A stretch of 64,000 nt of DNA from an uncultured Gammaproteobacteria bacterium (GTDB lineage Bacteria > Pseudomonadota > Gammaproteobacteria > Poriferisulfidales > GCA-002705445): NCBI GenBank assembly GCA_913031205.1, contig CAJWEM010000003.1:3474-67473 (forward strand). Reading direction: 5' to 3'. Shown here in pieces: positions 1-9,103 of this stretch. The position numbers and the translations under genes were made by a program. The notes beneath the pieces were generated by a model that was given only the letters and a program-made list of their open reading frames with translations, was not told the origin of the DNA and searched no databases. The stretch's first letter is position 1. The number at the start of each line of letters is the position of its first letter.

Positions 1-1131
1 AGCCTCTTTAAAGCCTCTAGTTGTTGGAGCTGGCGTCCCTACTCTGATACCGCTTGTTACAAACGGAGACTGCGGGTCGTTTGGTACTGAATTCTTATTT
101 ACTGTAATATTTGCTCTGCCAAGTGCGGCATCAACATCTTTTCCTGTAATTCCTTTCTCAATAAAATCAACTAAAAATAAGTGATCATCTGTTCCGCCAG
201 ATACAACCTTAAAGCCTCTTTTTATAAACTGGTCGGCCATTGCGGAAGCATTTTTTAGAATTTGTTGTTGGTACTCTTTAAATTCAGGTTGTAAGGCTTC
301 TTTGAAAGCAACAGCTTTTGCTGCGATTACATGCATTAGGGGCCCGCCTTGTGTTCCTGGAAATACCATTGAGTTAATTTTTTTCTCGATTTCTTCGTTA
401 GATTTACAAATTATAATTCCGCCTCTTGGTCCTCTCAAACTTTTATGTGTTGTTGATGTAACAATATCGGCATAAGGAACTGGGCTTGGGTAAACTCCTC
501 CAGCAACTAGGCCAGAGATGTGAGCCATATCAACAAAGAAATATGCTCCTATTGAGTCAGCAATGTCTCTGAACCTCTGCCAATCTAGAACTCTTGAGTA
601 TGCTGAAAATCCAGCGATAATCATTTTGGGCTTGTGTTCTTTTGCTAAAGCTTCAACTTGATCATAATCTATTTCACCAGTCTCAGGATTCAATCCATAT
701 TGAACCGCGTTGTATATTTTACCGGAGAAATTTACTTTAGAGCCATGAGTTAGATGTCCGCCATGGGCTAAACTCATACCTAAAATTGTATCGTGAGGTT
801 GAAGTAACGCCATGAAAACTGCGGCATTAGCTTGTGAGCCTGAATGAGGCTGAACATTTGCATAATCGGCAGCATAAAGTTCTTTCAAACGGTCAATTGC
901 TAACTGTTCTGCAACGTCAACATTCTCGCATCCCCCATAATATCTTTTACCGGGGTAGCCCTCAGCATACTTATTTGTTAAGACAGAACCTTGAGCTTCG
1001 ATAACTCTTGGGCTTGCATAATTTTCAGAAGCAATAAGTTCAATATGCTCCTCTTGTCTTTTTATTTCATCGTTAATTGCTTTTGAAAGCTCGGGATCAA
1101 AACTCTCTATAGTCATATCTTCGTTAAACAT
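1..1131 (-). CDS. glyA: serine hydroxymethyltransferase, 5' portion (C-terminus lies beyond the window edge)
   Basis: Not in the supplied ORF track. My minus-strand translation from ATG at 1131 reads [57 protein letters not shown]..., the canonical SHMT N-terminus. The frame stays open for 377 codons down to base 1. Confidence 0.9.
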   Translation of the reverse strand, partial: MFNEDMTIESFDPELSKAINDEIKRQEEHIELIASENYASPRVIEAQGSVLTNKYAEGYPGKRYYGGCENVDVAEQLAIDRLKELYAADYANVQPHSGSQANAAVFMALLQPHDTILGMSLAHGGHLTHGSKVNFSGKIYNAVQYGLNPETGEIDYDQVEALAKEHKPKMIIAGFSAYSRVLDWQRFRDIADSIGAYFFVDMAHISGLVAGGVYPSPVPYADIVTSTTHKSLRGPRGGIIICKSNEEIEKKINSMVFPGTQGGPLMHVIAAKAVAFKEALQPEFKEYQQQILKNASAMADQFIKRGFKVVSGGTDDHLFLVDFIEKGITGKDVDAALGRANITVNKNSVPNDPQSPFVTSGIRVGTPAPTTRGFKEA

Positions 1132-1171
1132 TATATCTCCTTTACTCCATGTAATATAAAAAATTAGTCAA

Positions 1172-1549
1172 TTAAGCGTCATTTTCCGCTAGTGTATTAA
1201 GTATGTCAACAATCACAGGGTTGGACCCAAAATATGGTAAAGATTTGATTGATATATCTGAATACTTCACCTTTTCCTCGTCGACAATTGATGGTATATC
1301 TTCTAAAACATGCCTTCCAGCTGCTAAAAAGTAAGGCATTATAAGTATTTCTGTTGCTTTATTTGAAACACAAGTCTTGATTCCCTCAGGTATTGAAGGC
1401 TTGGCAATTTCTAAAAAACAGGCTTCAACCATATCAAATGAATTTACTTTACTTGCAATCTTTTTCGCAAGCTCAAATATTTCGCTGTTTGACTCTTCTT
1501 TTCTGCTCCCATGAGCAACGATTAAAAGAGCTTTATTCATATTATTCAA
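1172..1549 (-). CDS. small CbiX/SirB-type chelatase-like protein
   Basis: 125 aa. N-terminal LLIVAHGSR motif and size fit short CbiX-type sirohydrochlorin chelatases. 4-nt overlap with kdsB. Confidence 0.55.
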   Translation of the reverse strand: MNNMNKALLIVAHGSRKEESNSEIFELAKKIASKVNSFDMVEACFLEIAKPSIPEGIKTCVSNKATEILIMPYFLAAGRHVLEDIPSIVDEEKVKYSDISIKSLPYFGSNPVIVDILNTLAENDA

Positions 1550-2259
1550 TGATTTATACCTATATATTCATTCAAATTTTCAACAGAGTCAATACTAATG
1601 CCGGGGTCACTCTTTGCTAAATAAGCGTGTATTTTAATGTCATTATCCACAAATCTATACTGTTCAAGACTTAAACTAATTTCATTTGAAGATTGAGGTA
1701 GATTCTTATAGCTTAACAAATCATCTACATGATATGCATATATACCAATATGTTTGTAAAATTCGCCATTTTCATTCATATCTACTTTTCTATGAAACTT
1801 AATATTTTTTCCCAAAGAGATTTTCACGGTATTTTTATCTTTCCTTAATTCAGGGTCACTTAATGGGTAGTATAGTGTAGAAAGCCCGTCGTTATTATGG
1901 GCAGAGTTTGCTAGAAAATTAATATTATCTGGCTTAAGAAATGGCTGATCAGCTTGAACATTAATAACTAGTTTTTTTTTATTCCATTTCAACAACTTTG
2001 CAAGATCTGCTATTCTCTCAGTTCCATTATGATTTTTTTCTGAAGTCATAAAAACATTATCTGTATAACTCTTTGAGGATTCGTATATTTTCTTGCTGTC
2101 AGTTGCTATAAAAACCTCGCTAGCATTCGAGCTCAATGAGTTATGAAAGACATTTTCAAGCATTGACTTACCGTTTATCATTGCAAGGACCTTGCCTGGA
2201 AAACGAGAGGAATCATAACGAGCAGGTATAACAATAATAAAATCATTAAATTCAGGCAT
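1546..2259 (-). CDS. kdsB: 3-deoxy-manno-octulosonate cytidylyltransferase (CMP-KDO synthetase)
   Basis: 237 aa. IIVIPARYDSSRFPGK nucleotidyltransferase N-terminus. Conserved ycaR-kdsB neighbourhood. Confidence 0.9.
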   Translation of the reverse strand: MPEFNDFIIVIPARYDSSRFPGKVLAMINGKSMLENVFHNSLSSNASEVFIATDSKKIYESSKSYTDNVFMTSEKNHNGTERIADLAKLLKWNKKKLVINVQADQPFLKPDNINFLANSAHNNDGLSTLYYPLSDPELRKDKNTVKISLGKNIKFHRKVDMNENGEFYKHIGIYAYHVDDLLSYKNLPQSSNEISLSLEQYRFVDNDIKIHAYLAKSDPGISIDSVENLNEYIGINH

Positions 2260-2465
2260 TATTTTATAAATAACTCCTTAAACTTTTCATATTCTTCAGA
2301 ATTTATTTCTCTAGCTTCTGATTCAAGCATAATTGGGATATCATCTTTTATTTTATAAGCGAGCCTAGCGGGTAAAGATATTAGCTCATTTGACTCTTTG
2401 TTATAATATAATTTGCTCTTTGTAACAGGGCAAACTAAAATATCAAGTAAATTTCTGTTAATCAA
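2259..2465 (-). CDS. Trm112/YcaR (UPF0434) family small protein
   Basis: 68 aa. LLDILVCPVTKSKL motif. Sits between lpxK and kdsB as in enterobacteria. Confidence 0.8.
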   Translation of the reverse strand: MINRNLLDILVCPVTKSKLYYNKESNELISLPARLAYKIKDDIPIMLESEAREINSEEYEKFKELFIK

Positions 2466-2468
2466 TTT

Positions 2469-3467
2469 TTATACCTTAAGTAATTCTGATATTTTATTAT
2501 TCAACATTATTTTAATATCATTATCAACAATAATTTTTGTTGGTAAATAATAAGCATTATTTAGGTTATATGAAGAACATTTTACAAAGTCCTTTTCTGT
2601 CATTATTACTTTGTAGTCATCCTCAAATAAAAAATCATTTTTTTCTAATATATAATGATCCGGATAAATATGTGTAATCAAATCAATATTTAACCTCTTG
2701 AGATATTTAATTAATAGATCTGGATTTGCAATCGCTGTTACTAAATGCATGGTAGTACCACTAAAATCATAAATATCAATTTCTTCAGATTTATTTATAT
2801 CTATTACAGAAGCTAAATCATAGTAAAAACCAAGTAAATTAGATTTTTTATTTTTGTTAACTAAAATATTCTCATATTTATAAATTGCTGAAGGTGTTTC
2901 TCTTAATGGCCCTGCTGGCAGTAGTAATCCATTTCCAAAAGGTCTATTTTCTTTAACGATAACAATATCTAAATCTCTACTAAGATTATAATGACTTAAA
3001 CCATCGTCAGATATAATTACATCAAGATCAAATGTTGAAACTAAATACTCATAAGCTTTTTTTCGATTCTTACACTTACAAACTATTGACTGCGTATTTT
3101 TTTTTATAAGTATTGCCTCATCACCCACCTCTTTAATTTGTGATTTATCTCCAACAATTTGAAGCTCATTAGGGTTATTAGTTTTATATCCGCCTGATAT
3201 TACGCCAATTTTATATTTTCTTGATTCTAAATGATTGCAAAGCCAAATAACCAAAGATGTTTTTCCTGTTCCTCCAACTGTTAGATTACCAACAACAACA
3301 ACTGGAATAATATTACGCTTTTTATTTGAAAGAAATAATTTCCTAAAAATATTAATAAAAAAATACAAAACAGACAATGGTAAAAGAATGAAATTTAGTA
3401 TGTATATTCTATCTAAAGAATATAGGTAATATTTACTGAGGATTGGAAGTTTTGATTGATTAAACAC
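2469..3467 (-). CDS. lpxK: tetraacyldisaccharide 4'-kinase
   Basis: 332 aa. N-terminal membrane helix followed by the VVVGNLTVGGTGKT P-loop. Immediately downstream of msbA. Confidence 0.9.
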   Translation of the reverse strand: MFNQSKLPILSKYYLYSLDRIYILNFILLPLSVLYFFINIFRKLFLSNKKRNIIPVVVVGNLTVGGTGKTSLVIWLCNHLESRKYKIGVISGGYKTNNPNELQIVGDKSQIKEVGDEAILIKKNTQSIVCKCKNRKKAYEYLVSTFDLDVIISDDGLSHYNLSRDLDIVIVKENRPFGNGLLLPAGPLRETPSAIYKYENILVNKNKKSNLLGFYYDLASVIDINKSEEIDIYDFSGTTMHLVTAIANPDLLIKYLKRLNIDLITHIYPDHYILEKNDFLFEDDYKVIMTEKDFVKCSSYNLNNAYYLPTKIIVDNDIKIMLNNKISELLKV

Positions 3468-5215
3468 TATTTAAATAACTGTGAATTATATAATTTAAAG
3501 TAATATCCCTTTCTGTTAATTAAATCTTCATGATTTCCAGATTCTATAATAGAACCATTATCCATAACAATAATATTATTTGCGTTTTCAACAGTTGAGA
3601 GTCTATGTGCAATTATTATTGTTGTTTTACCAACTTTGAGTTTATCTAATGCTATTTGAATATATTTCTCAGAAACAGAATCAAGTGATGATGTAGCTTC
3701 GTCAAAAATCAGAATATGTGAATTTTTCAAGAAAGCCCTTGCTATGGCAAGCCTTTGTCTTTGACCTCCAGATAGCAAGACTCCATTTTCTCCAATTACT
3801 GTATCTAGTCCATCTGGCATATTATTTACAAAATCATGAGAAAAAGATTTTTCAAGAGAGGAATTAATTTCAGAGTCTGATACATTTTTTTGTCCATAAA
3901 TAATATTATTTCTAATTGTATCATTAAAGAGAATTGTATCTTGACCAACGTAACTAATATTATTCCTTAAGACAGCTAGCTTTAAGTCCTTTAAATCAGT
4001 GTTATCAATCTTTATTCTTCCGCTTGTAGGATTATATAATCTTGGAATTAAATTAACTAATGTAGATTTTCCACAACCAGACATACCAACTAATGCAATA
4101 AATTCGCCTGTTTTTATTTGTAAGTTAATATTACTTAAAACTGAGCTATCAGAATTTTCATAAGAAAAAGAGACATCTTCAAAAATAATATCATTATTTA
4201 TTTTTATTTCTTGGACTTTTCCATCATCTTTCTCTTTCTGCTCATCTATAAGCTCGAAAACATTTTCTCCAGCAGCAATACCTTGTTGGAGTCTTGCATT
4301 GATGCTCGCAAGACCTCTTGCAGGGCCTAGTATCATAAACATTGCAAACATAAATGAAACAAAAGAACCCACAGTTATAGATTCAAGAATAAAGTCAAAT
4401 GTAGATATGAGAATTATCCCTGATAAAGATGATCCTACTATAAGCATTATTACTGCACTATTTATTCCTTCTGTAAAAGCTAGATTCATATGACTTTTTT
4501 TATTTTTACTATTTGTATCTTCAAATTTTTCAATTTCCTTATCACGGCCTTTAAATATTTTTACAATCTTATTTCCTTGAATAACTTCTTGGGCAACATG
4601 TATGATACCTCCAACAGAATTTTGAGCATCATGAGTAAGAGATCTAAATTTTTTGTTTAATGTGCTTACTAATATCACAATAAATGGTGCCGCTAATAAA
4701 AAACATAATGTTAGCTCCCAACTCAGATAAGTCATCCATATAAGAAGACCAAGAATTGTTAAGGTGTCTCGAATTAATATTATTAGACTTCTTGCGGCAA
4801 CAGACGATAAGAGCTCAACATTGTGTGATATTCTTGACATCAAATCACCTGATGAGGTTTTGTCATAAAATGATACAGGTAAATTAAGTAAATTTTCAAA
4901 CATCATTTCTCTAAGACGAAAAACAAGAGATCTTCCAACTTTAGCCATAAAGTAAATTGTCAGAAAAATGCCAAAAGATCTTATCAAGAATATTGAAAAT
5001 AAACCAAATGGTAGTAGAGAAATTACCTCTTGATCTCTTTGAATAAAACCTCCGTCAAGAATGGGTTTCATTATTGCAGATAATGCTGGATCACATATAG
5101 CAGTTATAATCATTCCAAAAATCGCAATTGATATTGGGGTTGAATTATTTTTTAAGGCTATGCGTATAAGTCTTTTATATATTTTCCAGCCATTTTTTTG
5201 AGTACTTTTTTCCAA
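3467..5215 (-). CDS. msbA: lipid A export ABC transporter (permease/ATPase fusion)
   Basis: 582 aa. Six-helix TMD plus NBD with GMSGCGKST Walker A, LSGGQRQR signature and ILIFDEATS Walker B. Confidence 0.9.
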   Translation of the reverse strand: MEKSTQKNGWKIYKRLIRIALKNNSTPISIAIFGMIITAICDPALSAIMKPILDGGFIQRDQEVISLLPFGLFSIFLIRSFGIFLTIYFMAKVGRSLVFRLREMMFENLLNLPVSFYDKTSSGDLMSRISHNVELLSSVAARSLIILIRDTLTILGLLIWMTYLSWELTLCFLLAAPFIVILVSTLNKKFRSLTHDAQNSVGGIIHVAQEVIQGNKIVKIFKGRDKEIEKFEDTNSKNKKSHMNLAFTEGINSAVIMLIVGSSLSGIILISTFDFILESITVGSFVSFMFAMFMILGPARGLASINARLQQGIAAGENVFELIDEQKEKDDGKVQEIKINNDIIFEDVSFSYENSDSSVLSNINLQIKTGEFIALVGMSGCGKSTLVNLIPRLYNPTSGRIKIDNTDLKDLKLAVLRNNISYVGQDTILFNDTIRNNIIYGQKNVSDSEINSSLEKSFSHDFVNNMPDGLDTVIGENGVLLSGGQRQRLAIARAFLKNSHILIFDEATSSLDSVSEKYIQIALDKLKVGKTTIIIAHRLSTVENANNIIVMDNGSIIESGNHEDLINRKGYYFKLYNSQLFK

Positions 5216-5258
5216 TTTCTTATATACTTTAATTAAATAAACTACTTATTTTACAGAA

Positions 5259-5762
5259 ATGATTAAAAATGTAATCAAAAGATTATTTCCTAAGTTAGAT
5301 ACTGTTAAAGAAGAAAGAATTTTAAAAATATTCGGACCTGCTGTTCTACAGCCTAATTTATGGCACATAAATAAAAAATCAGTTTCAAGAGGTTTCGCGA
5401 TTGGTGCATTTTGTGCATTTCTTCCTATTCCGGGCCAAATGATTGTAGCATCTTTTCTAGCAATAACTTTTGCTGGAAATCTTCCCATATCTGTAATTTT
5501 AACTTGGATAAGCAATCCATTTACATATACGCCAATTTTTTATTTTTCGTATAAACTAGGTAAAATTTTTATTAATAATGAATCTAGCTTTGAGTTAAAA
5601 AACGAAGAAATAAATCTAATGTCAAATATTATGCATATATGGGAGCCACTTCTAGTAGGTTCTATTATTGTTGCTATAATTGGATCTTTGATAAGTTATG
5701 TATTAATTCGTCTTTATTGGAGATATTACGTTCTTAAAATTTGGGCAAAAAGAAAGAATTAA
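5259..5762 (+). CDS. DUF2062-family membrane protein
   Basis: 167 aa. The segment VSRGFAIGAFCAFLPIPGQMIVA is typical of DUF2062. Three predicted TM helices. Confidence 0.65.
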   Translation: MIKNVIKRLFPKLDTVKEERILKIFGPAVLQPNLWHINKKSVSRGFAIGAFCAFLPIPGQMIVASFLAITFAGNLPISVILTWISNPFTYTPIFYFSYKLGKIFINNESSFELKNEEINLMSNIMHIWEPLLVGSIIVAIIGSLISYVLIRLYWRYYVLKIWAKRKN

Positions 5763-5767
5763 AAAAT

Positions 5768-6436
5768 TCAAACGTAATGAATACTCCCATTTTCAATTAT
5801 TATTTTTTTATCTAGCATTTTTGTTAAACCATTATCGTGAGTAGCTATTATAAGGCTTGAGTTATTAGAGTTTGCAATGTCTTTTAATAAAGAAAATACA
5901 TTTTTAGCATTTTTACTATCTAAATTTCCAGTAGGTTCATCAGCAAAAATAATTTTTGGGTTATTAATTATTGCTCTTGCTATTGCAACACGTTGTCTTT
6001 CTCCGCCAGATAATTTATCAATTTGAAAATTTTTTCTATCATTTAGGCTAACCTTCTCTATAATTTCATTGACTTTTTTTTCAATCTCTCCTTTTTCGGT
6101 TTTTTTCACTAATAAGGGTAAAGATATATTTTCATAAACATCAAGCTCTTTTATCAAATGATGGAACTGATAGATAAATCCAATTTTTTCTAATCTTAGT
6201 TTACATAGTTCATTTTCGCTGAGGTATGATATATTTGTATCATCTATAAAAATTTCACCTGATGAGGTATTTTCTAAACCAGAGAGTATATGAAGTAATG
6301 TGCTCTTTCCGCTACCTGATGAACCATTTATTGCCAATGTATCACCACTCACAACTTCTAAAGATATATCTTTAAGAATATGATTTTTATTTTCTCCATC
6401 ATCAAAATTTTTATTTAAATTTTTACACTTTATCAT
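5768..6436 (-). CDS. lolD: lipoprotein-releasing system ATP-binding protein
   Basis: 222 aa. GSSGSGKST, LSGGERQR and IIFADEPTGNLD motifs. Directly downstream of the LolC/E-family permease gene. Confidence 0.85.
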   Translation of the reverse strand: MIKCKNLNKNFDDGENKNHILKDISLEVVSGDTLAINGSSGSGKSTLLHILSGLENTSSGEIFIDDTNISYLSENELCKLRLEKIGFIYQFHHLIKELDVYENISLPLLVKKTEKGEIEKKVNEIIEKVSLNDRKNFQIDKLSGGERQRVAIARAIINNPKIIFADEPTGNLDSKNAKNVFSLLKDIANSNNSSLIIATHDNGLTKMLDKKIIIENGSIHYV

Positions 6437-6437
6437 C

Positions 6438-7682
6438 TTAGTTACCTTTTAATTGTTCTGCAGGCATAGTTTTTGAAGCATTTATAGATGGGTATATAGT
6501 TGCAAATAATGAAAAAAGAAATGATATTAACGAAACGTAAATTAAATCTAAAATTTGTATTTTCGCAGGTACATCACTAATTAGATATATATCAGAATCA
6601 AGAATACTATGGCCTAATATTGACTCAATAAATTTAACAATATGATCAAGATTAAGTGAGATAATAATTCCTAAGGTTAATCCTAATACTATTCCAACAA
6701 ATCCAAGGAAAACTCCCTGAAAAATAAATATATACATTATATCATTTGGGCGCATACCAATTGTTTTTAATATTGCTATATCTGATTTTTTTTCAGATAC
6801 CACCATAAATAATGAAGATATGATATTGAAGGTGGCAACTAGAACTATTAATAGCATAAGTAGCATCAACATTGTTTTTTCCATTTTTAAAGCATTAAAA
6901 AAGTTTTTATTCATCATTGTCCAATCAATAACGATATAATTTTCATTAATTTTATCTTTTATAATTTTTGACATCTTTGGTGATTTAAAAAGATCGTGAA
7001 GCTTCAATCTTAAGCCAGTTATATTTTGTTTCATATCATAAAGTTTCTTTGCCTCTTCAATATCAATATATACAAGATTTTTATCATACTGTGACATACC
7101 AAAATCAAAAATTGAGCTTACCTCAAACCTTTTAAGTCTTGGGATTATTCCAATTAAGGTTGTATTTGCTCTTGGAATTACCAGCGTAATTTTATCTCCA
7201 ATGCTTAAGTTCATTTTTTTTGCTAGATCAATTCCTACTGATATTTGATATGGCTTCTTTCCAATATTACTTAATTTGCCTTCAATGATATTTTCTTCAA
7301 GGCTTGTAACTTCTTTTTCAAACTCAGGGATTATTCCTTTTAATTGAACCCCATGGACGTTGCCGTTGTGGCTAAACATAGCCTGTCCCTCAACGTATGG
7401 CGCTGAGCTAATTACCAACTCATTATTATCAACGACCTTTTTTAATTGTTGCCAATTATTTAAGGTATAATTTTTTTCTGTGATAATTACATGAGAAACC
7501 ATGCTTAGAATTTTATCTCTCATCTCGCTGTGAAAACCATTCATAATCGACATTACTACTACTACTGCGGCTATTCCGAGAGATATACCTATAATAGAAG
7601 ATTTTGAGATAATTGCTGTGAATCTACTATTTTTTTTAGATCTTAAAAATTTTAACGCTATAAAAAGAGACAAATAATTCAT
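6438..7682 (-). CDS. lipoprotein-releasing system permease, LolC/LolE family (single copy)
   Basis: 414 aa. MacB/FtsX-like topology: TM1, large periplasmic domain, then three C-terminal TM helices. Only one such permease lies next to lolD. Confidence 0.8.
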   Translation of the reverse strand: MNYLSLFIALKFLRSKKNSRFTAIISKSSIIGISLGIAAVVVVMSIMNGFHSEMRDKILSMVSHVIITEKNYTLNNWQQLKKVVDNNELVISSAPYVEGQAMFSHNGNVHGVQLKGIIPEFEKEVTSLEENIIEGKLSNIGKKPYQISVGIDLAKKMNLSIGDKITLVIPRANTTLIGIIPRLKRFEVSSIFDFGMSQYDKNLVYIDIEEAKKLYDMKQNITGLRLKLHDLFKSPKMSKIIKDKINENYIVIDWTMMNKNFFNALKMEKTMLMLLMLLIVLVATFNIISSLFMVVSEKKSDIAILKTIGMRPNDIMYIFIFQGVFLGFVGIVLGLTLGIIISLNLDHIVKFIESILGHSILDSDIYLISDVPAKIQILDLIYVSLISFLFSLFATIYPSINASKTMPAEQLKGN

Positions 7683-8587
7683 TATTCCTCGGTGACAATT
7701 GAGTTAATTTTTAGAAGAAGATAGTTTGAAGACTCAATACTAAAAGGGTCAGATATGCCTATAAAGTCACCAGGCATTACTATTGCTTTTTTTGTTTTTG
7801 ATATTCTAGCTTCTACTACAACCTCTTTAGCAGAAGACAAAGTGTGATTTTCAAGCATATTCATAGTGTTATCAAGTTTTACATTATAATTTCTTTTATT
7901 TTTTTCAACGTCGAATATTTCAATTGCCAATGGTGCTCTCATACCATTACTTTTTCTAGCATAAACAAATAAAACCTCATTACCAGTAATTTTTGATAAT
8001 ATTTCCTCATGAACTAAGATTGTAATATCTATAATTGGGTCTTTGGACTCAAAGAAATGAGATATTTTATATTTCATATAATCGCTTGAATATATATACA
8101 TTGAAATAGCAAATATTGGAATAAGCAGTATGATAAAAATTTTAAAATATCTTTTTTCAAATAAAAAATAATTGAAAGATTCATTTTCAAAATTTTTAGT
8201 ATTTTTTAGTTTTATATTTATATCATTCGTCTTTTTTCTTAAAGAGAAAAATATATAGAAAAGAGAAATCCCCAAAATAATAAATGGCCCATACCATAGT
8301 AAAAATGTTGACTTTTTCATCGGTGGATTATATAAAACATAATCTGTATATCGGTCTGACATAAATTTATATATTTCTTTATCAGATTTACCATCTTCTA
8401 ACATCTGTTTAACTTTAATGCGTAAATCTTTTGCAAGTTTTGAGTCTGATTCCGATAGGCTTTGATTTTGACAAACTAAACATCGTAAATTTTCAATTAT
8501 TTCGTTATAAGTTTTTTCACTATTTTCACTCATCGAAATTTTTGATGCTAGAATTAATGATATTAAAAATATGATCTTTATTTTCAT
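7682..8587 (-). CDS. ccmH: cytochrome c maturation protein CcmH fused to a short CcmI-like C-terminal domain
   Basis: 301 aa. Signal peptide, LRCLVCQNQSLSESDS CcmH motif and TM helices. The C-terminal segment (LFVYARKSNGMRAPLAIEIF...EARISKTKKAIVMPGDFIG) resembles the CcmI C-terminal domain. I see no TPR region. Confidence 0.75.
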   Translation of the reverse strand: MKIKIIFLISLILASKISMSENSEKTYNEIIENLRCLVCQNQSLSESDSKLAKDLRIKVKQMLEDGKSDKEIYKFMSDRYTDYVLYNPPMKKSTFLLWYGPFIILGISLFYIFFSLRKKTNDINIKLKNTKNFENESFNYFLFEKRYFKIFIILLIPIFAISMYIYSSDYMKYKISHFFESKDPIIDITILVHEEILSKITGNEVLFVYARKSNGMRAPLAIEIFDVEKNKRNYNVKLDNTMNMLENHTLSSAKEVVVEARISKTKKAIVMPGDFIGISDPFSIESSNYLLLKINSIVTEE

Positions 8588-9102
8588 TTGTTTATATATG
8601 GTAAAACTATTTCTCTGAGAAAGTTTTGATCAATTGGGCCGACATGTTTATACACTATGATACCTTCTTTATTTATTAAAAACGTCTCAGGTGCTCCATA
8701 AACACCAAAATCTATTCCGATACTACCATCTTCATCTATAATATTTTTTTTGTAAGGATTGCCTCTGGTTTTTAGCCATGATAAAGCTGCTTCTCTATTA
8801 TCTTTGTAATTTAAACCATATATATTAATTTCTTCACTCTTATATATGTCAATTAAATTTTCATGCTCGATCGTGCATGCGTAGCACCAACTTCCCCAAA
8901 CATTTATCAATACAAAATTTCCTATAAGATCATTATCGCTAATTATTTCATTATCAATTAAAGTTACTGATTCAAAACTAGGAATTTTTTTTCCAATTAA
9001 AGGGGATGGAATAATTGTTGGATCTTTATTTAAGCCACTAAAAAGAAAATAAAGAATAACCAAAAAAACGGTTATAGGGATAATTGAGGTCTTGAATTTC
9101 AT
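8584..9102 (-). CDS. ccmG: thiol:disulfide interchange protein CcmG/DsbE
   Basis: Thioredoxin fold with a WGSWCYAC active site. I prefer the ATG at 9102 (MKFKTSIIP...), 1 nt after the ccmF stop, over the 9144 start in the ORF track. Confidence 0.85.
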   Translation of the reverse strand: MKFKTSIIPITVFLVILYFLFSGLNKDPTIIPSPLIGKKIPSFESVTLIDNEIISDNDLIGNFVLINVWGSWCYACTIEHENLIDIYKSEEINIYGLNYKDNREAALSWLKTRGNPYKKNIIDEDGSIGIDFGVYGAPETFLINKEGIIVYKHVGPIDQNFLREIVLPYINK

Positions 9103-9103
9103 T

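Noticed and set aside
1972-1980. A9 run (T9 on the plus strand) inside kdsB as a possible slippage site
   Set aside because: It encodes a plain KKK in a gene with no known recoding. I use it as a control showing that Lys-encoding A-runs are common here, which tempers the dnaX claim.
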